From an uncultured Gammaproteobacteria bacterium (GTDB taxonomy: Bacteria > Patescibacteriota > Patescibacteriia > UBA9934 > GWF2-40-263): a stretch of 64,000 bases of DNA. The position numbers were made by a program, and so were the translations under genes. Position 1 is the first letter of the stretch. The number at the start of each line of letters is the position of its first letter. The notes below the pieces were generated by a model that did no database searches, had not been told where the DNA came from, and was given only the letters and a program-made list of their open reading frames with translations. This document shows, one piece after another, positions 17,838 through 27,611 of the stretch. The stretch spans positions 64,393 through 128,392 of the forward strand of contig CAZIDX010000001.1 of NCBI GenBank assembly GCA_964538435.1, read 5' to 3'.

Positions 17838-19577
17838 ATGCCTATGATTCCATTGTTGGGTATTCCGATTGTATCGGATGCAACAGGAACAGCTGCCGCA
17901 GCAACATCATACTTCGCACAACCTATCGATGCGATTCTTTTTGATATCCTGATCTGGTTTGGTTGGATCCCGATTGCAGTCACGCTTGTCTGGGGCTTCA
18001 CGCTGGTTTGGCTTGGTTACAGACAGGCTGGGCATGTGGCCAGGCTTAAGTACATGGTGCTTGCTATCGATGTTCCTGCAATGACAGAGCAGTCACCAAA
18101 GGCACTTGAGAACCTTTTTGCATCTCTGTACGCATGTAAGTCTTCGATCACATTCAAAGAAAAATGGCTCTACGGAAAATTAAATCCAAATTTTTCATTT
18201 GAGATTGTTTCCACAGAAGGCTATATCCAATTTCTAATCAGGTTCCAAACACGATTCCGAGATGTTATTGAAGCTGGTATCTACGCACACTATCCTGATG
18301 CAGAGATCACAGAAGTTGAGGACTACACTGAACAATTTCCAAAAACCTTTCCAAACGAAACACATGAAATGTGGGGAGGGGAAATTACGTTTGACAAACC
18401 GTCCATGTACCCACTTCGGACCTATGTTGATTTTGAAGATCGGTTGTCTGCAGAACTAAAAGACCCCTTGGCCTACATGCTCGAGCAAATGGCAAAAATG
18501 AAAGCAGGGGAGCATTTTTGGATTCAGATTATTGTCCAACCTTCAACAAATAGCTGGAAGGATGCAGGTGTGAATCACGTTAAGGCTATTTACGGGGATG
18601 TCCCAAAGCCAAAAAAGAGCAAGATTGCTGCTGGAGCCGAATCGCTCATGTCTTGGCCAAACGAGCTTCTTAAAGAAGGTATAGATGTAGATTTAAGCGG
18701 ACTGCTGTTTGGTGATGCAGCAAACGGAGAAGAAGACCCTTGGAAAGTTTTCAAGCTGACATTGCCCCAAATCGAGGAGGCAAAAGCCATTTTACAAAAA
18801 TCAACAAAGGTTGGGCACGGAGTAAAAATCCGCATTCTTTACGTTGCAAAGCACAACTCCTATGTAAAGATTGAGCGCACAGCAATGGTAAAGGGGATCA
18901 TGAACCAGTACGCACACCTCAACTTCAATCGTTTTGGTCTGCATATTGCTTCAGTTCCAAAAGATGATTATTTCTGGATGAAATGGAGCTATACAAAACG
19001 CCAAAACACACTCATGAAGGCATATTGCTCACGCTCATGGGGAATTGGCGCACACAACATGTGGATGAACGTTGAGGAATTGGCAACGCTTTGGCATTTC
19101 CCTGCGGTCCACATTAAAGCACCGCTCGTTAAGAAGGCAGAGGCCAAGCGTGCCGAGCCTCCGGTTGGTCTTCCCATCACAGATCTAGAAGACACACTTC
19201 CTGGATACAAACCCACCACAGCAGACGAGGGGTTGGATCTGCCTGGGGCTGGGCAAGATCAGCAAGAATATTCAGCCGGCATTGCCACAGCTGATTCAGT
19301 GATGGGTGAGCCGCCTGTGGATCTCCCAGGAGCGAGTCTAGAGGATGGTCCGTTGCCAGAAACACTTCCTTCAACAATCGCACCAACAAGCACAGAGCAA
19401 CCAGAACCTGAAACAACAATCGATATCCCAGAGCCACCTGAACCAGAACCTGAAAAAGACCCTCTTGCATTTGAAGAAAGCGTACTCCCTGAGGTAAAGG
19501 CTCCGACCGACAAAGAAAGCCAAGAAGAACTCAAGGACGATGATGAAACATTTGTCCCACCAAACCTTCCAGTATGA
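17838..19577 (+). CDS. Membrane-anchored hypothetical protein, probable partner of the VirD4-like ATPase; acidic Pro-rich tail
   Basis: One N-terminal TM helix; FSFEI, AHYPDAEITEVEDY, EELATLWHFP, C-terminal PPNLP; stop overlaps the ATPase start. Confidence 0.75.
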   Translation: MPMIPLLGIPIVSDATGTAAAATSYFAQPIDAILFDILIWFGWIPIAVTLVWGFTLVWLGYRQAGHVARLKYMVLAIDVPAMTEQSPKALENLFASLYACKSSITFKEKWLYGKLNPNFSFEIVSTEGYIQFLIRFQTRFRDVIEAGIYAHYPDAEITEVEDYTEQFPKTFPNETHEMWGGEITFDKPSMYPLRTYVDFEDRLSAELKDPLAYMLEQMAKMKAGEHFWIQIIVQPSTNSWKDAGVNHVKAIYGDVPKPKKSKIAAGAESLMSWPNELLKEGIDVDLSGLLFGDAANGEEDPWKVFKLTLPQIEEAKAILQKSTKVGHGVKIRILYVAKHNSYVKIERTAMVKGIMNQYAHLNFNRFGLHIASVPKDDYFWMKWSYTKRQNTLMKAYCSRSWGIGAHNMWMNVEELATLWHFPAVHIKAPLVKKAEAKRAEPPVGLPITDLEDTLPGYKPTTADEGLDLPGAGQDQQEYSAGIATADSVMGEPPVDLPGASLEDGPLPETLPSTIAPTSTEQPEPETTIDIPEPPEPEPEKDPLAFEESVLPEVKAPTDKESQEELKDDDETFVPPNLPV

Positions 19578-21769
19578 CAATGCATCACGACCATGAGAAC
19601 GAGGTGACGTATTTTGGAAAGACCAACTTCCGCAATCAGCTCACCAAGTTCGGAATCAAAACCGACGATAGGCGTAGGCATATCTACGTGATCGGAAAGA
19701 CCGGTATGGGTAAGACGACATTGATGGAAAACTTCATCTTGTCTGATATCTATGCGGGTCATGGTTGTTGTTATGTTGATCCTCACGGAGACACTGCAGA
19801 AAAACTTATTGACTTCATTCCAAGCTGGCGCATCAATGACGTAGTGTATTTCAACCCAGCTGATTTAGAATATCCTGTAGGATTTAATATTCTCGAAGCT
19901 GTTACAGAAAGGCATAAGCACTTAGTTGCTTCTGGAATGATGGCAGTGTTCGCCAAGATTTGGGAAGGAATGTGGTCATCGCGAATGGAATACATTCTCA
20001 ACAACACTATCCTTGCGCTCCTGGACAATCCAGGCCAAACAATGCTTGGAATCAACCGAATGATGTCTGATGCGGAATTTAGAAAGCGAATGGTTGGAAA
20101 CATTAAAGATCCGGTTGTAAAACAATTCTGGGTAAAGGAGTTCGCTAGCTGGTCAGAGAAATACGCCACAGAAGCCACAGCCGCCATTCAAAACAAGATC
20201 GGTCAGTTCTTGTCTGCGGGTGTGATCCGAAACGTGGTTGCGCAGGTTAAGTCCACAATCGACATCCGTGACATCATGGATTCTGAAAAGATTTTCATCA
20301 TCAACCTGTCAAAAGGGCGTATTGGTGAAGATAACTCCAGGCTCCTGGGTGGGTTGCTTATTACAAAAATTCAGCTCGCAGCCATGGAGCGTGTGGATGT
20401 ACCAGAAAAGGAGCGCAAAGACTTTTATCTCTACGTGGATGAGTTCCAAAACTTTGCTGTTGAATCTTTTGCGTCCATTTTGTCTGAGGCGCGTAAGTAT
20501 CGCCTTTGCCTAACCATGGCTCACCAGTACATTGCTCAGCTCACAGAAGAAGTTCGCGATGCTGTGTTTGGTAACGTTGGAACCATTCTTGCCTTTCGTG
20601 TTGGAGCAGCAGATGCCATGTACATGGAAACCGAGTTTACACCTAGGTTTCTGCCAGAAGACATTATCAATCTTCCAAAATTCAACATCTACCTCAAACT
20701 ATTGATTGATGGTGTGACAAGCCAGCCGTTTTCAGCGGTCACGCTCCCGCCAATTGCTCAAGTAACACACTCATCAGAAAAGGTGATTAGAATTGGACGT
20801 GAGCGCTATGCTGAGCCTCGTGCACACATTGAAAAGAATGTTCTCGATTGGAGCGGGCTTGGAAAACAAACGGATGAAGAGATGTATGCAGAAGCTGCAG
20901 AGAAAAAGAAAGCAGCAAAGAGCGCAAACAAACCTCGGCACGAATACAACTGCACACGCTGCAACACAGACATTGTGCTTCCGGTAGAGCTAGATCGTTC
21001 TCGTGCTATTTACTGTGACGACTGCATCACCATTGTTCGTGAGGAGCGAAAGAACAACAAAAAAGGAAAGAAAGGCAAGTCTGCTGACAAGCCAAAGCCG
21101 CCAAAGCCTTCAGAGGGCCAGGTGGTTGAAGCAAAGCCAGAAGAACCATCAATTAGTTTGAAAAAGCTGGAGACCAAGCCAGCAAAAGAAGACCGTCCTA
21201 AGCTAAAGGTTGTCCTTCCTGCAGAGATTAAAGAGCGAGAAGAAAAAGCAAAAGAAAAGGCAAGAGCTGAGAAGGAAAAACCAAAACCACCAAAACAAGA
21301 AAAAGCTCCAGAGCCAGAGAAGAAGCCAGAAGCTCCAAAACAACCAAAGCCCGAGCACAAAAAAGAAGACAAACCAAAAGAAGAAGAAACGGTCGGTCTA
21401 AAAAAGCTAGAGGAAAAACCAAAGAAACCGGTTCAGGAGGATCGGCCAAAATACAAAGTGATTCCTCCAAAGAAAAAAGAAGAACAAAAACCGAAGACAG
21501 AGGAGCAACCAAAACAAGAGGATCCAAAACCTCAAGATGCTCCAAAAAAGAAAAAGAGAAAGAGACGAAGGAAAAAGAAGCCTGGTCAAAACCCTGAGCA
21601 GCCGAAAAAAAACGAAAACAAACCTGAACCTCCAAAAGCAGACAAGCAGGACAAGCCAGAACAGGATAAAACCAAGCGGCCGCCAACACCAAAGCAGTTT
21701 CAAAAGCAAAAAACAGAAGATCACGTAAGCGGCAAGCTCAAACCTGGACAAAGCATCCAGTTTGATTAA
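19574..21769 (+). CDS. VirD4/TraG/HerA-like ATPase (type IV coupling-protein family) with CxxC-x17-CxxC motif and Lys/Pro/Glu-rich tail
   Basis: Walker A GKTGMGKT, DPHGD, Walker B LYVDEFQ, SEARKY, AHQYIAQL; CTRC...CDDC. Confidence 0.85.
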   Translation: MTMHHDHENEVTYFGKTNFRNQLTKFGIKTDDRRRHIYVIGKTGMGKTTLMENFILSDIYAGHGCCYVDPHGDTAEKLIDFIPSWRINDVVYFNPADLEYPVGFNILEAVTERHKHLVASGMMAVFAKIWEGMWSSRMEYILNNTILALLDNPGQTMLGINRMMSDAEFRKRMVGNIKDPVVKQFWVKEFASWSEKYATEATAAIQNKIGQFLSAGVIRNVVAQVKSTIDIRDIMDSEKIFIINLSKGRIGEDNSRLLGGLLITKIQLAAMERVDVPEKERKDFYLYVDEFQNFAVESFASILSEARKYRLCLTMAHQYIAQLTEEVRDAVFGNVGTILAFRVGAADAMYMETEFTPRFLPEDIINLPKFNIYLKLLIDGVTSQPFSAVTLPPIAQVTHSSEKVIRIGRERYAEPRAHIEKNVLDWSGLGKQTDEEMYAEAAEKKKAAKSANKPRHEYNCTRCNTDIVLPVELDRSRAIYCDDCITIVREERKNNKKGKKGKSADKPKPPKPSEGQVVEAKPEEPSISLKKLETKPAKEDRPKLKVVLPAEIKEREEKAKEKARAEKEKPKPPKQEKAPEPEKKPEAPKQPKPEHKKEDKPKEEETVGLKKLEEKPKKPVQEDRPKYKVIPPKKKEEQKPKTEEQPKQEDPKPQDAPKKKKRKRRRKKKPGQNPEQPKKNENKPEPPKADKQDKPEQDKTKRPPTPKQFQKQKTEDHVSGKLKPGQSIQFD

Positions 21770-21780
21770 GAATCCAATTC

Positions 21781-22545
21781 ATGGACCTCATTCAAGCCCT
21801 GACGTTGGGGCTCGTACAAGGTGTAACAGAATTCCTCCCGATCTCAAGTTCGGGATTCTTAATTTTGGTGCCAGAAATATTTGGTTGGGAGGTGCAAAGC
21901 CTGGCATTTGACGCCTGGCTCCATCTAGCAACTCTTGCAGCGGTTGTGTTCGCACTATTGCCAGAGGTAAAACTGATTTTCACAAACAAAAAATGGAACA
22001 AGGTTGGTTACTGGGTCGCGCTCGCTACCGTTCCAGTGGTAATTGTTGGTTTTCTCGCCAGCGATCTCATCGAAGCCTCAACTCGATCGCTACAAGTTGT
22101 TGCCTGGTCATTTATTATCTGGGGAGTCGTGCTTTACCTTGCAGATCGTTTTTCCAGGCTCCATCAAAAAGACCTCACAGCCGTAGGGTGGAAACGCTCG
22201 CTCATGATTGGTCTAGCTCAGGTAATTGCACTCATTCCAGGAACCTCACGCTCAGGAATCACCATCACAGCCGGCCTTCTCTCAGGTCTAAAACGAGAGC
22301 AAGCAGCAAGGTTCTCGTTTCTGCTTGGCATCCCAACCATTGCAGCAGCTGGAGCATTGAAGTTTCTGGATGTCTTTCAGCAGGGGGTGGCAATCAGTAT
22401 CCTCCCAATCATTGTTGGTGCTGCAGCTGCGTTTTTCACAGCATTCCTTACGATCAAGGTCCTGCTTGCGTTCCTAAAGCGCTACACATTTTCAGAGCTG
22501 GCGGTCTTCCGGATACTCCTTGGTCTTCTCCTTCTTGTTCTGTAA
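21781..22545 (+). CDS. uppP: Undecaprenyl-diphosphate phosphatase
   Basis: QGVTEFLPISSSG, PGTSRSG, AARFSFLL. Confidence 0.93.
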   Translation: MDLIQALTLGLVQGVTEFLPISSSGFLILVPEIFGWEVQSLAFDAWLHLATLAAVVFALLPEVKLIFTNKKWNKVGYWVALATVPVVIVGFLASDLIEASTRSLQVVAWSFIIWGVVLYLADRFSRLHQKDLTAVGWKRSLMIGLAQVIALIPGTSRSGITITAGLLSGLKREQAARFSFLLGIPTIAAAGALKFLDVFQQGVAISILPIIVGAAAAFFTAFLTIKVLLAFLKRYTFSELAVFRILLGLLLLVL

Positions 22546-22568
22546 ACCGCGGACCACCGCGGTTTTTT
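22544..22568 (+). terminator. Terminator after uppP
   Basis: AAACCGCGG-ACCA-CCGCGGTTTTTT. Confidence 0.7.
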
Positions 22569-22596
22569 GTTTAAATATTCACCAACTCTTCCGCCC

Positions 22597-22720
22597 ACCT
22601 CGTCATCCTGACCCCGCCGAAGGCGGTAGGAAGGATCCCATACTAAGCAAGAAAACCTTCAATGAGCAGCTTTAAGGTCTTCCTGAAGGGAATCCTTCGC
22701 TCCGCTCAGGATGACGAGGT
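22597..22720. repeat. REP/MITE-like long palindromic element (GTCATCCTGA...GAAGGATC / ATCCTTCG...TCAGGATGAC type)
   Basis: Perfect 15-bp terminal inverted repeat ACCTCGTCATCCTGA / TCAGGATGACGAGGT plus inner stems. Confidence 0.7.
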
Positions 22721-22776
22721 TAGGTGATGGTAAGTTTAGATGACAACGGAAGAGAAAAATTGTAAAGTTTTGATCT

Positions 22777-24075
22777 ATGGCAAAATTTGAACTTCGTGAC
22801 CCTATTCACTCACGCATTGCATTCTCGCATTTCGAGCGATCCATCATTGATCATCGCTATGTGCAGCGGCTCAGATTCATCTCTCAGCTTGGCTTTTTGC
22901 AGTCGCTTGTCTACCCAGGTGCTCTCCACGACCGCTTTACACATTCACTCGGCGCCATGCATGTTGCAGGCCGATTGTTTGCGCGCGTTGTCTCTGACTC
23001 AAGTGTTCTCAAAGAGCGGCTGAGTCAAGATGAGGTTGAAGCACTGCGTGTGCGTATTCGAATGGCTGGACTGCTCCACGACATCGGTCACGGGCCATTC
23101 TCCCATGCCTCTGAAGTACTTTTCCCGAATCTGAACGAACTGCCAATGGACTGGTCATGGTGGAAGACAGGTCCTGCTGACCGCCAGGCCGTGCACGAAG
23201 ATTACAGCGTCCTCCTCATTAACCAAATGGCAAAGGAGGGTGTTCTCAAGCCTGATTTCGCGCAAGATGTCTGTTCTCTCATGCACAGCGATATTGAGCC
23301 GTCAGAGTGGTTTTTAGAGCTCATAGAGCGTCTCCCAAGCCTGCAAAGAGCGCTCAAAGGTTTGATTTCTGGCGAAGTGGATGCTGACCGCATGGACTAC
23401 CTGCTTCGAGACTCATATTACTGCGGAGTCGCATACGGAACATTCGACATCGACTGGCTCATTTCCTCAATCGGGGTGGGGGAGAAGGAGAATGGATCGC
23501 TTGTATTCACAATCTCAGAAAACGGAGTCCGTGCATTCGAAGACCTCCTGCTTGCGCGTTACCACATGATCGACCAGGTGTACTTTCACAAAACCAAATC
23601 TGGTTTCACACACTATCTTGAGCAAGCGATTAAGAATGAGATCGAGCTTACTATTCCAATCGATCCAGAAGAGTATGCCGCCCTTCGAGACGGGGTTGTG
23701 ATTGAGAAGCTCTTTGAAGCCGCAAAAGATGAGAAAAACTATTTTTCACACCACCTCATGAACCGCATCGCAGCCAAGCGCATCCTCAGGTTCAGGGATC
23801 TGGACGAAAAAGACATGGACGAGTTAGAGAAACTTAAACAGACCTGCAACGAGAAAAATATTCGCTGGTTCACGCACTCTGTTGCAAACGAACTCTCACA
23901 TCTAGGTGAGATTCCGCGAGAAAAGGCGCTCATCTATGTGCGCAAGAAAACACTCAGCGGCTACGAACTCATCCCAATGTTTGAGTACTCAGACCTCCTG
24001 CAAAAATACAATGAAAAACTTCGCTTCACAGACTTCTTTGTCCACCGCGAAGATTTTGATAAATTTTCCAAATAG
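22777..24075 (+). CDS. HD-domain phosphohydrolase (dNTP triphosphohydrolase/SAMHD1-like)
   Basis: RDPIH, QRLRFISQLG, HDRFTHSLG, LLHDIGHGPFSH, DADRMDYLLRD, VYFHKT. Confidence 0.9.
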   Translation: MAKFELRDPIHSRIAFSHFERSIIDHRYVQRLRFISQLGFLQSLVYPGALHDRFTHSLGAMHVAGRLFARVVSDSSVLKERLSQDEVEALRVRIRMAGLLHDIGHGPFSHASEVLFPNLNELPMDWSWWKTGPADRQAVHEDYSVLLINQMAKEGVLKPDFAQDVCSLMHSDIEPSEWFLELIERLPSLQRALKGLISGEVDADRMDYLLRDSYYCGVAYGTFDIDWLISSIGVGEKENGSLVFTISENGVRAFEDLLLARYHMIDQVYFHKTKSGFTHYLEQAIKNEIELTIPIDPEEYAALRDGVVIEKLFEAAKDEKNYFSHHLMNRIAAKRILRFRDLDEKDMDELEKLKQTCNEKNIRWFTHSVANELSHLGEIPREKALIYVRKKTLSGYELIPMFEYSDLLQKYNEKLRFTDFFVHREDFDKFSK

Positions 24076-24098
24076 AAAGAGTCCCGTTTCAGGGACTC
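24071..24098 (-). terminator. Hairpin with TTTCTATT tail (unit 3); tail overlaps the HD-gene stop
   Basis: Sense strand: GAGTCCC-TGAAAC-GGGACTC TTTCTATTTGG. Confidence 0.65.
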
Positions 24099-24110
24099 GT
24101 GCGTTGCGCT

Positions 24111-24458
24111 CTAGGCGCGGATCTCTGCTGACTCGTGCGCTCGCAGCTGGATTAGATCCAGCGACAACTCCTCGTCTTCCTCGGCCTGCGGGATCTGGCA
24201 GACCTCGGTGCGGATCCTGAGGATGTCCAGGACAGCGCAGAGCTGGTCTGCTTCCTGACCTTCGCTGATCACCACCATGTCGAAGTCGTACGCGCAGTTG
24301 CGATCGACGAGCATGCGCAGACCATCGCGCATGTGACGGTGCCACCGGATGTCAGGCTTCATACCTTCAGGCATGCAGCCTGCGATCTGGTGCATGAGCT
24401 TGGTCTCTCGGTCCTTGTTCTTCTCGATGAGAAGAATGAAGAATTCCCTCTGCAGCAT
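24111..24458 (-). CDS. Hypothetical protein; GC-rich unit 3
   Basis: 115 aa; AGAGAGG leader; promoter TTGACG-17-TAGAGT; TAG stop. Confidence 0.65.
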   Translation of the reverse strand: MLQREFFILLIEKNKDRETKLMHQIAGCMPEGMKPDIRWHRHMRDGLRMLVDRNCAYDFDMVVISEGQEADQLCAVLDILRIRTEVCQIPQAEEDEELSLDLIQLRAHESAEIRA

Positions 24459-24490
24459 GTGGCCTCTCTTGTGGTTGCAGGGACGGAAAA

Positions 24491-24530
24491 ACTCTAACTG
24501 ATTGACAAAAAACCGTCAAACCCATAGATT
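24491..24530. promoter_or_regulatory. Overlapping divergent sigma70 promoters (mnmA on +, unit 3 on -)
   Basis: + TTGACA-17-TAGATT; - TTGACG-17-TAGAGT. Confidence 0.65.
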
Positions 24531-24538
24531 ACCTCGCT

Positions 24539-25618
24539 ATGTTAAAGAAAAAAGTTCTCCTTGGAATGTCAGGTGGTGTGGACTCCTCAGTGTCTGCTGC
24601 TTTGCTTTTGGAAGCTGGGTACGAGGTGATCGGTGCCTTCATGAAAAACTGGTCCGGATCAGTATGTGCGCCAGCAGGCGCAAACCCTGATGCAGTCGGA
24701 GAAGAGTTTGAGGAATGCGGATGGAAAGATGAGCGACGCGACGCAGCACGCGTAGCAGCAAAACTCGGAATTACGTTCGTAACATTCGACTTTGAAGAAG
24801 ATTACAGGCGCGACGTCGTTGAAAACATGTTTAAAGAGTTTGAGGCCGGCCGCACACCGAATCCTGACGTCATGTGCAACAAGTTCATCAAGTTCAAGCG
24901 CTTTATGCAGGAGGCCGACAGACTCGACTGTGAGTACGTGGCAACAGGACACTACGCCCAGAACATCAATGGACGCCTCACAGCCGGCGCTGACAAAAAC
25001 AAAGATCAAACCTACTTCCTCTGGGCAGTAAACCCAGAAGTTGTGCCTCGCATTCTGTTCCCGATCGGTAACATGGACAAACCAGACGTACGCAAGAAAG
25101 CAGAAGAACTGAGTCTCACCGTAGCAGACAAAAAGGACAGCGTAGGCATCTGCTTCGTAGGCGAAGTCGACATGCGTGAGTTCCTCCAAGCCCGCCTTCC
25201 AAAAGACCCAGGCAACGTTGTCACAACAGAAGGCGACATCCTAGGAACCCACGAAGGAATCAACTTCTACACCATAGGACAACGCCACGGCCTAAACATC
25301 GGTGGAGGGACCCCGTACTATGTCGTAGAAAAACGACCAGAAACAAAAGAGCTCGTAGTCACAAGCAACTTCCACCCTTCGCTCTTCAAGAGCGAGCTCA
25401 CAGCAAAGGATCTCAACTGGTTCGAGAGAGTAAGCACTCCAAGAAACTGCTTATGCCGCATCCGCTACAGACAACCACTACAAGAATGCACAATCACCTC
25501 GATCTCAGACACACAGGTCACAGTCGAGTTTAAAGAACCGCAACGAGCCATCACTCCAGGACAATCAATCGTGTTTTACGACGGCGAAACAGTAATCGGA
25601 GGAGGAATAATCGAATAG
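24539..25618 (+). CDS. mnmA: tRNA 2-thiouridine(34) synthase
   Basis: MSGGVDSSV, TPNPDVMCN, ATGHYA, KDQTYFL, GICFVG, AITPGQSIVFY. Confidence 0.96.
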   Translation: MLKKKVLLGMSGGVDSSVSAALLLEAGYEVIGAFMKNWSGSVCAPAGANPDAVGEEFEECGWKDERRDAARVAAKLGITFVTFDFEEDYRRDVVENMFKEFEAGRTPNPDVMCNKFIKFKRFMQEADRLDCEYVATGHYAQNINGRLTAGADKNKDQTYFLWAVNPEVVPRILFPIGNMDKPDVRKKAEELSLTVADKKDSVGICFVGEVDMREFLQARLPKDPGNVVTTEGDILGTHEGINFYTIGQRHGLNIGGGTPYYVVEKRPETKELVVTSNFHPSLFKSELTAKDLNWFERVSTPRNCLCRIRYRQPLQECTITSISDTQVTVEFKEPQRAITPGQSIVFYDGETVIGGGIIE

Positions 25619-25619
25619 T

Positions 25620-26597
25620 ATGAAATTCAACAAAACAATAATGATCTGCATACTTGTTGCTGCTGGTGTCGTCATGGCTGGATCAGTAGATGCGGCATAT
25701 CACAAATTTTCAGCAGATGAAGTAAATGTCTGTAACGCACCACAAGAATGGAGTTCAATCTGGACGGATGACTATGTGTGCTACACAGTAAAATCAGGAG
25801 ACACGCTCTGGGGAATCTCAGAAAGATTTTACGGTGACGGAGCTCAGTGGAAAACACTCGCAGTGAATGTAATGGCTAGATCAAATAAACATGTCACAGA
25901 ATATTTATCAGATCCACGACTCCTACAAATCGGGACAAAGATCGTATTTAACAACCGCTTGATCGAACCGTATCCAGGTTACGCTCTCGTATATGGAGAT
26001 GTAGCTCAAAATCCAGAAACAGGTGAACTGTTAACCATCTCAGGCTCAGGCACCCGACCAGGTGGGCTTGTGATTCACTCAGGAGACGAGCTCTACGACG
26101 GTCCATACCCATACATTTGGCGCATGCGCATGAGTCCGGATCGTTCAATGCTTACATATTTTGTAGACACAAAACCATCTCGACAGAGTGGATGTCCAAA
26201 CAACTATCACGGGTACCAGCTCGTTCTTAACAAAGTTGCAAACGAACACTACAGCTGCGGAAGAGATTTCAAACTCTTTTCATTCAGCCCAAACAACAAC
26301 CACTACATCCTACGCAACAACACTGGCTCTGATCCGGAAAAGTTCATCGTGCTCTCAGACCTGGGCAACAGCCAGGAATACGACTATATTGACGAACTTC
26401 AATGGATCAACGATGATACATTTGTTTACCGCGCTCAAATTGATGATGTCTGGCGTGTGGTTGTAAACAATGAAGAGTGGGGTGTACATGAATACCTCAG
26501 AGACATAAAGGAACGAGAAGGTGATGGGGGAGTCTGGAGCTACGAAGTCAGAAATGCTGACGGGAGCTACTACAAAGAAATCTTGCACCAGAAATAA
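25620..26597 (+). CDS. Secreted LysM-domain protein
   Basis: Signal peptide; YTVKSGDTLWGISERFYG...LQIGTKI. Confidence 0.8.
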   Translation: MKFNKTIMICILVAAGVVMAGSVDAAYHKFSADEVNVCNAPQEWSSIWTDDYVCYTVKSGDTLWGISERFYGDGAQWKTLAVNVMARSNKHVTEYLSDPRLLQIGTKIVFNNRLIEPYPGYALVYGDVAQNPETGELLTISGSGTRPGGLVIHSGDELYDGPYPYIWRMRMSPDRSMLTYFVDTKPSRQSGCPNNYHGYQLVLNKVANEHYSCGRDFKLFSFSPNNNHYILRNNTGSDPEKFIVLSDLGNSQEYDYIDELQWINDDTFVYRAQIDDVWRVVVNNEEWGVHEYLRDIKEREGDGGVWSYEVRNADGSYYKEILHQK

Positions 26598-26604
26598 ACA
26601 AACC

Positions 26605-26636
26605 AATTAGAAAAGAGACCTTTCAGGGTCTCTTTT
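26605..26636 (-). terminator. Hairpin with TTTTCTAATT tail (unit 4; may act bidirectionally)
   Basis: Sense strand: AAAAGAGACC-CTGAAA-GGTCTCTTTT CTAATTGG. Confidence 0.7.
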
Positions 26637-26644
26637 ACGTTCGT

Positions 26645-27535
26645 CTAGCCACCGAGACGGGTTCGCCCCATCTCGACCAGATCAGCGAGTGTGGCGAGGT
26701 CGTCATCGAATAGCACCATGGTGAGCTTCTCCCACATGTGGCCGAGCTGGCCCTCGCGGAAGGCAGCGACCTTCTTGTCGACCTCACCCGGAGGGATGAT
26801 CAGGACATTGAATCCGTCCGGATGCATCATGTTCGTGTCGAAGATGGTGTCGCCGATGCTCAACACTTGCTCAGGATGAAGGTCAGAGAGCTCGCGCCAA
26901 CGTGCTGCAGCCAGCGCCTTGGTCATGGGCAGGACCAAGTTCATGTTGCAGGCCTTGACCCGCATCTGTTCATCCACACCCAGACGAATGGCGGCCACAG
27001 GGCACGCCACATCGTAGCGCTCCTGCCAGCCACGAATCATCTGCTCGATGCCGAAGCTGCAGATCAGTGCAGGGCCTACCGTATCCATGAGCTCGTACGC
27101 ACCCTCTCGAGGTGCCAGCTCAGCACCAGCCTTGATCACGTCTGCAATGAGGACACCGTCCTTTTCCGCTCGCATGATCGGCAGAAGGGCCAGTGCCGCA
27201 TCGACGGCAGCGATGTTCTCCTCCATGATCGCACCCAGCAGCCAGTCCTCATTCTCCAGATCGTCCGGGGCATTGCCGTTGTTGCGAGTCGTGTGGTACC
27301 AGTCGATGGCCTCCTTGCCGAGCCGCTTGGACTCGTCAGACATGAGCGCCTCGAACGCCCGCCACTGACTGTCCGTGATCAGGGTGCCACAAAAGTCGTA
27401 CACACCGCCACGGACCATGCCCGCGAAGTCAAAGAGGTCTGGGGTCGGAACCCGAGAAATGATCTGCGGGACACCTGAATCGATCAGGGTAAGAGCGTCG
27501 TACAGGTTCGTGACGTGGGAGATGGGAAAGTGCAC
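26645..27535 (-). CDS. HAD-superfamily hydrolase-like protein; GC-rich unit 4
   Basis: Motif I variant YDFCGTL, motif IV IGDTIFD; GTG start at 27535 after AGGAGG; TTGACA-16-TAAGAT at 27615-27588. Confidence 0.7.
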   Translation of the reverse strand: MHFPISHVTNLYDALTLIDSGVPQIISRVPTPDLFDFAGMVRGGVYDFCGTLITDSQWRAFEALMSDESKRLGKEAIDWYHTTRNNGNAPDDLENEDWLLGAIMEENIAAVDAALALLPIMRAEKDGVLIADVIKAGAELAPREGAYELMDTVGPALICSFGIEQMIRGWQERYDVACPVAAIRLGVDEQMRVKACNMNLVLPMTKALAAARWRELSDLHPEQVLSIGDTIFDTNMMHPDGFNVLIIPPGEVDKKVAAFREGQLGHMWEKLTMVLFDDDLATLADLVEMGRTRLGG

Positions 27536-27611
27536 AGTTCCTCCTGTGATCCACAGGGATCGAAAAAGCCGTCTGTTGACGGCCTTGATCTTATCAATAT
27601 TGGTATTTGTG

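Noticed and set aside
21050-21760. A-rich low-complexity DNA as a possible repeat array or frameshift site
   Set aside because: It stays in frame and encodes the Lys/Glu/Pro tail; there are no spacer-separated repeats.
26738-27478. Long antisense ORFs over GC-rich genes (also 13923-14597)
   Set aside because: Expected shadow ORFs in high-GC coding DNA; the opposite strand carries the motifs, SD and terminator.
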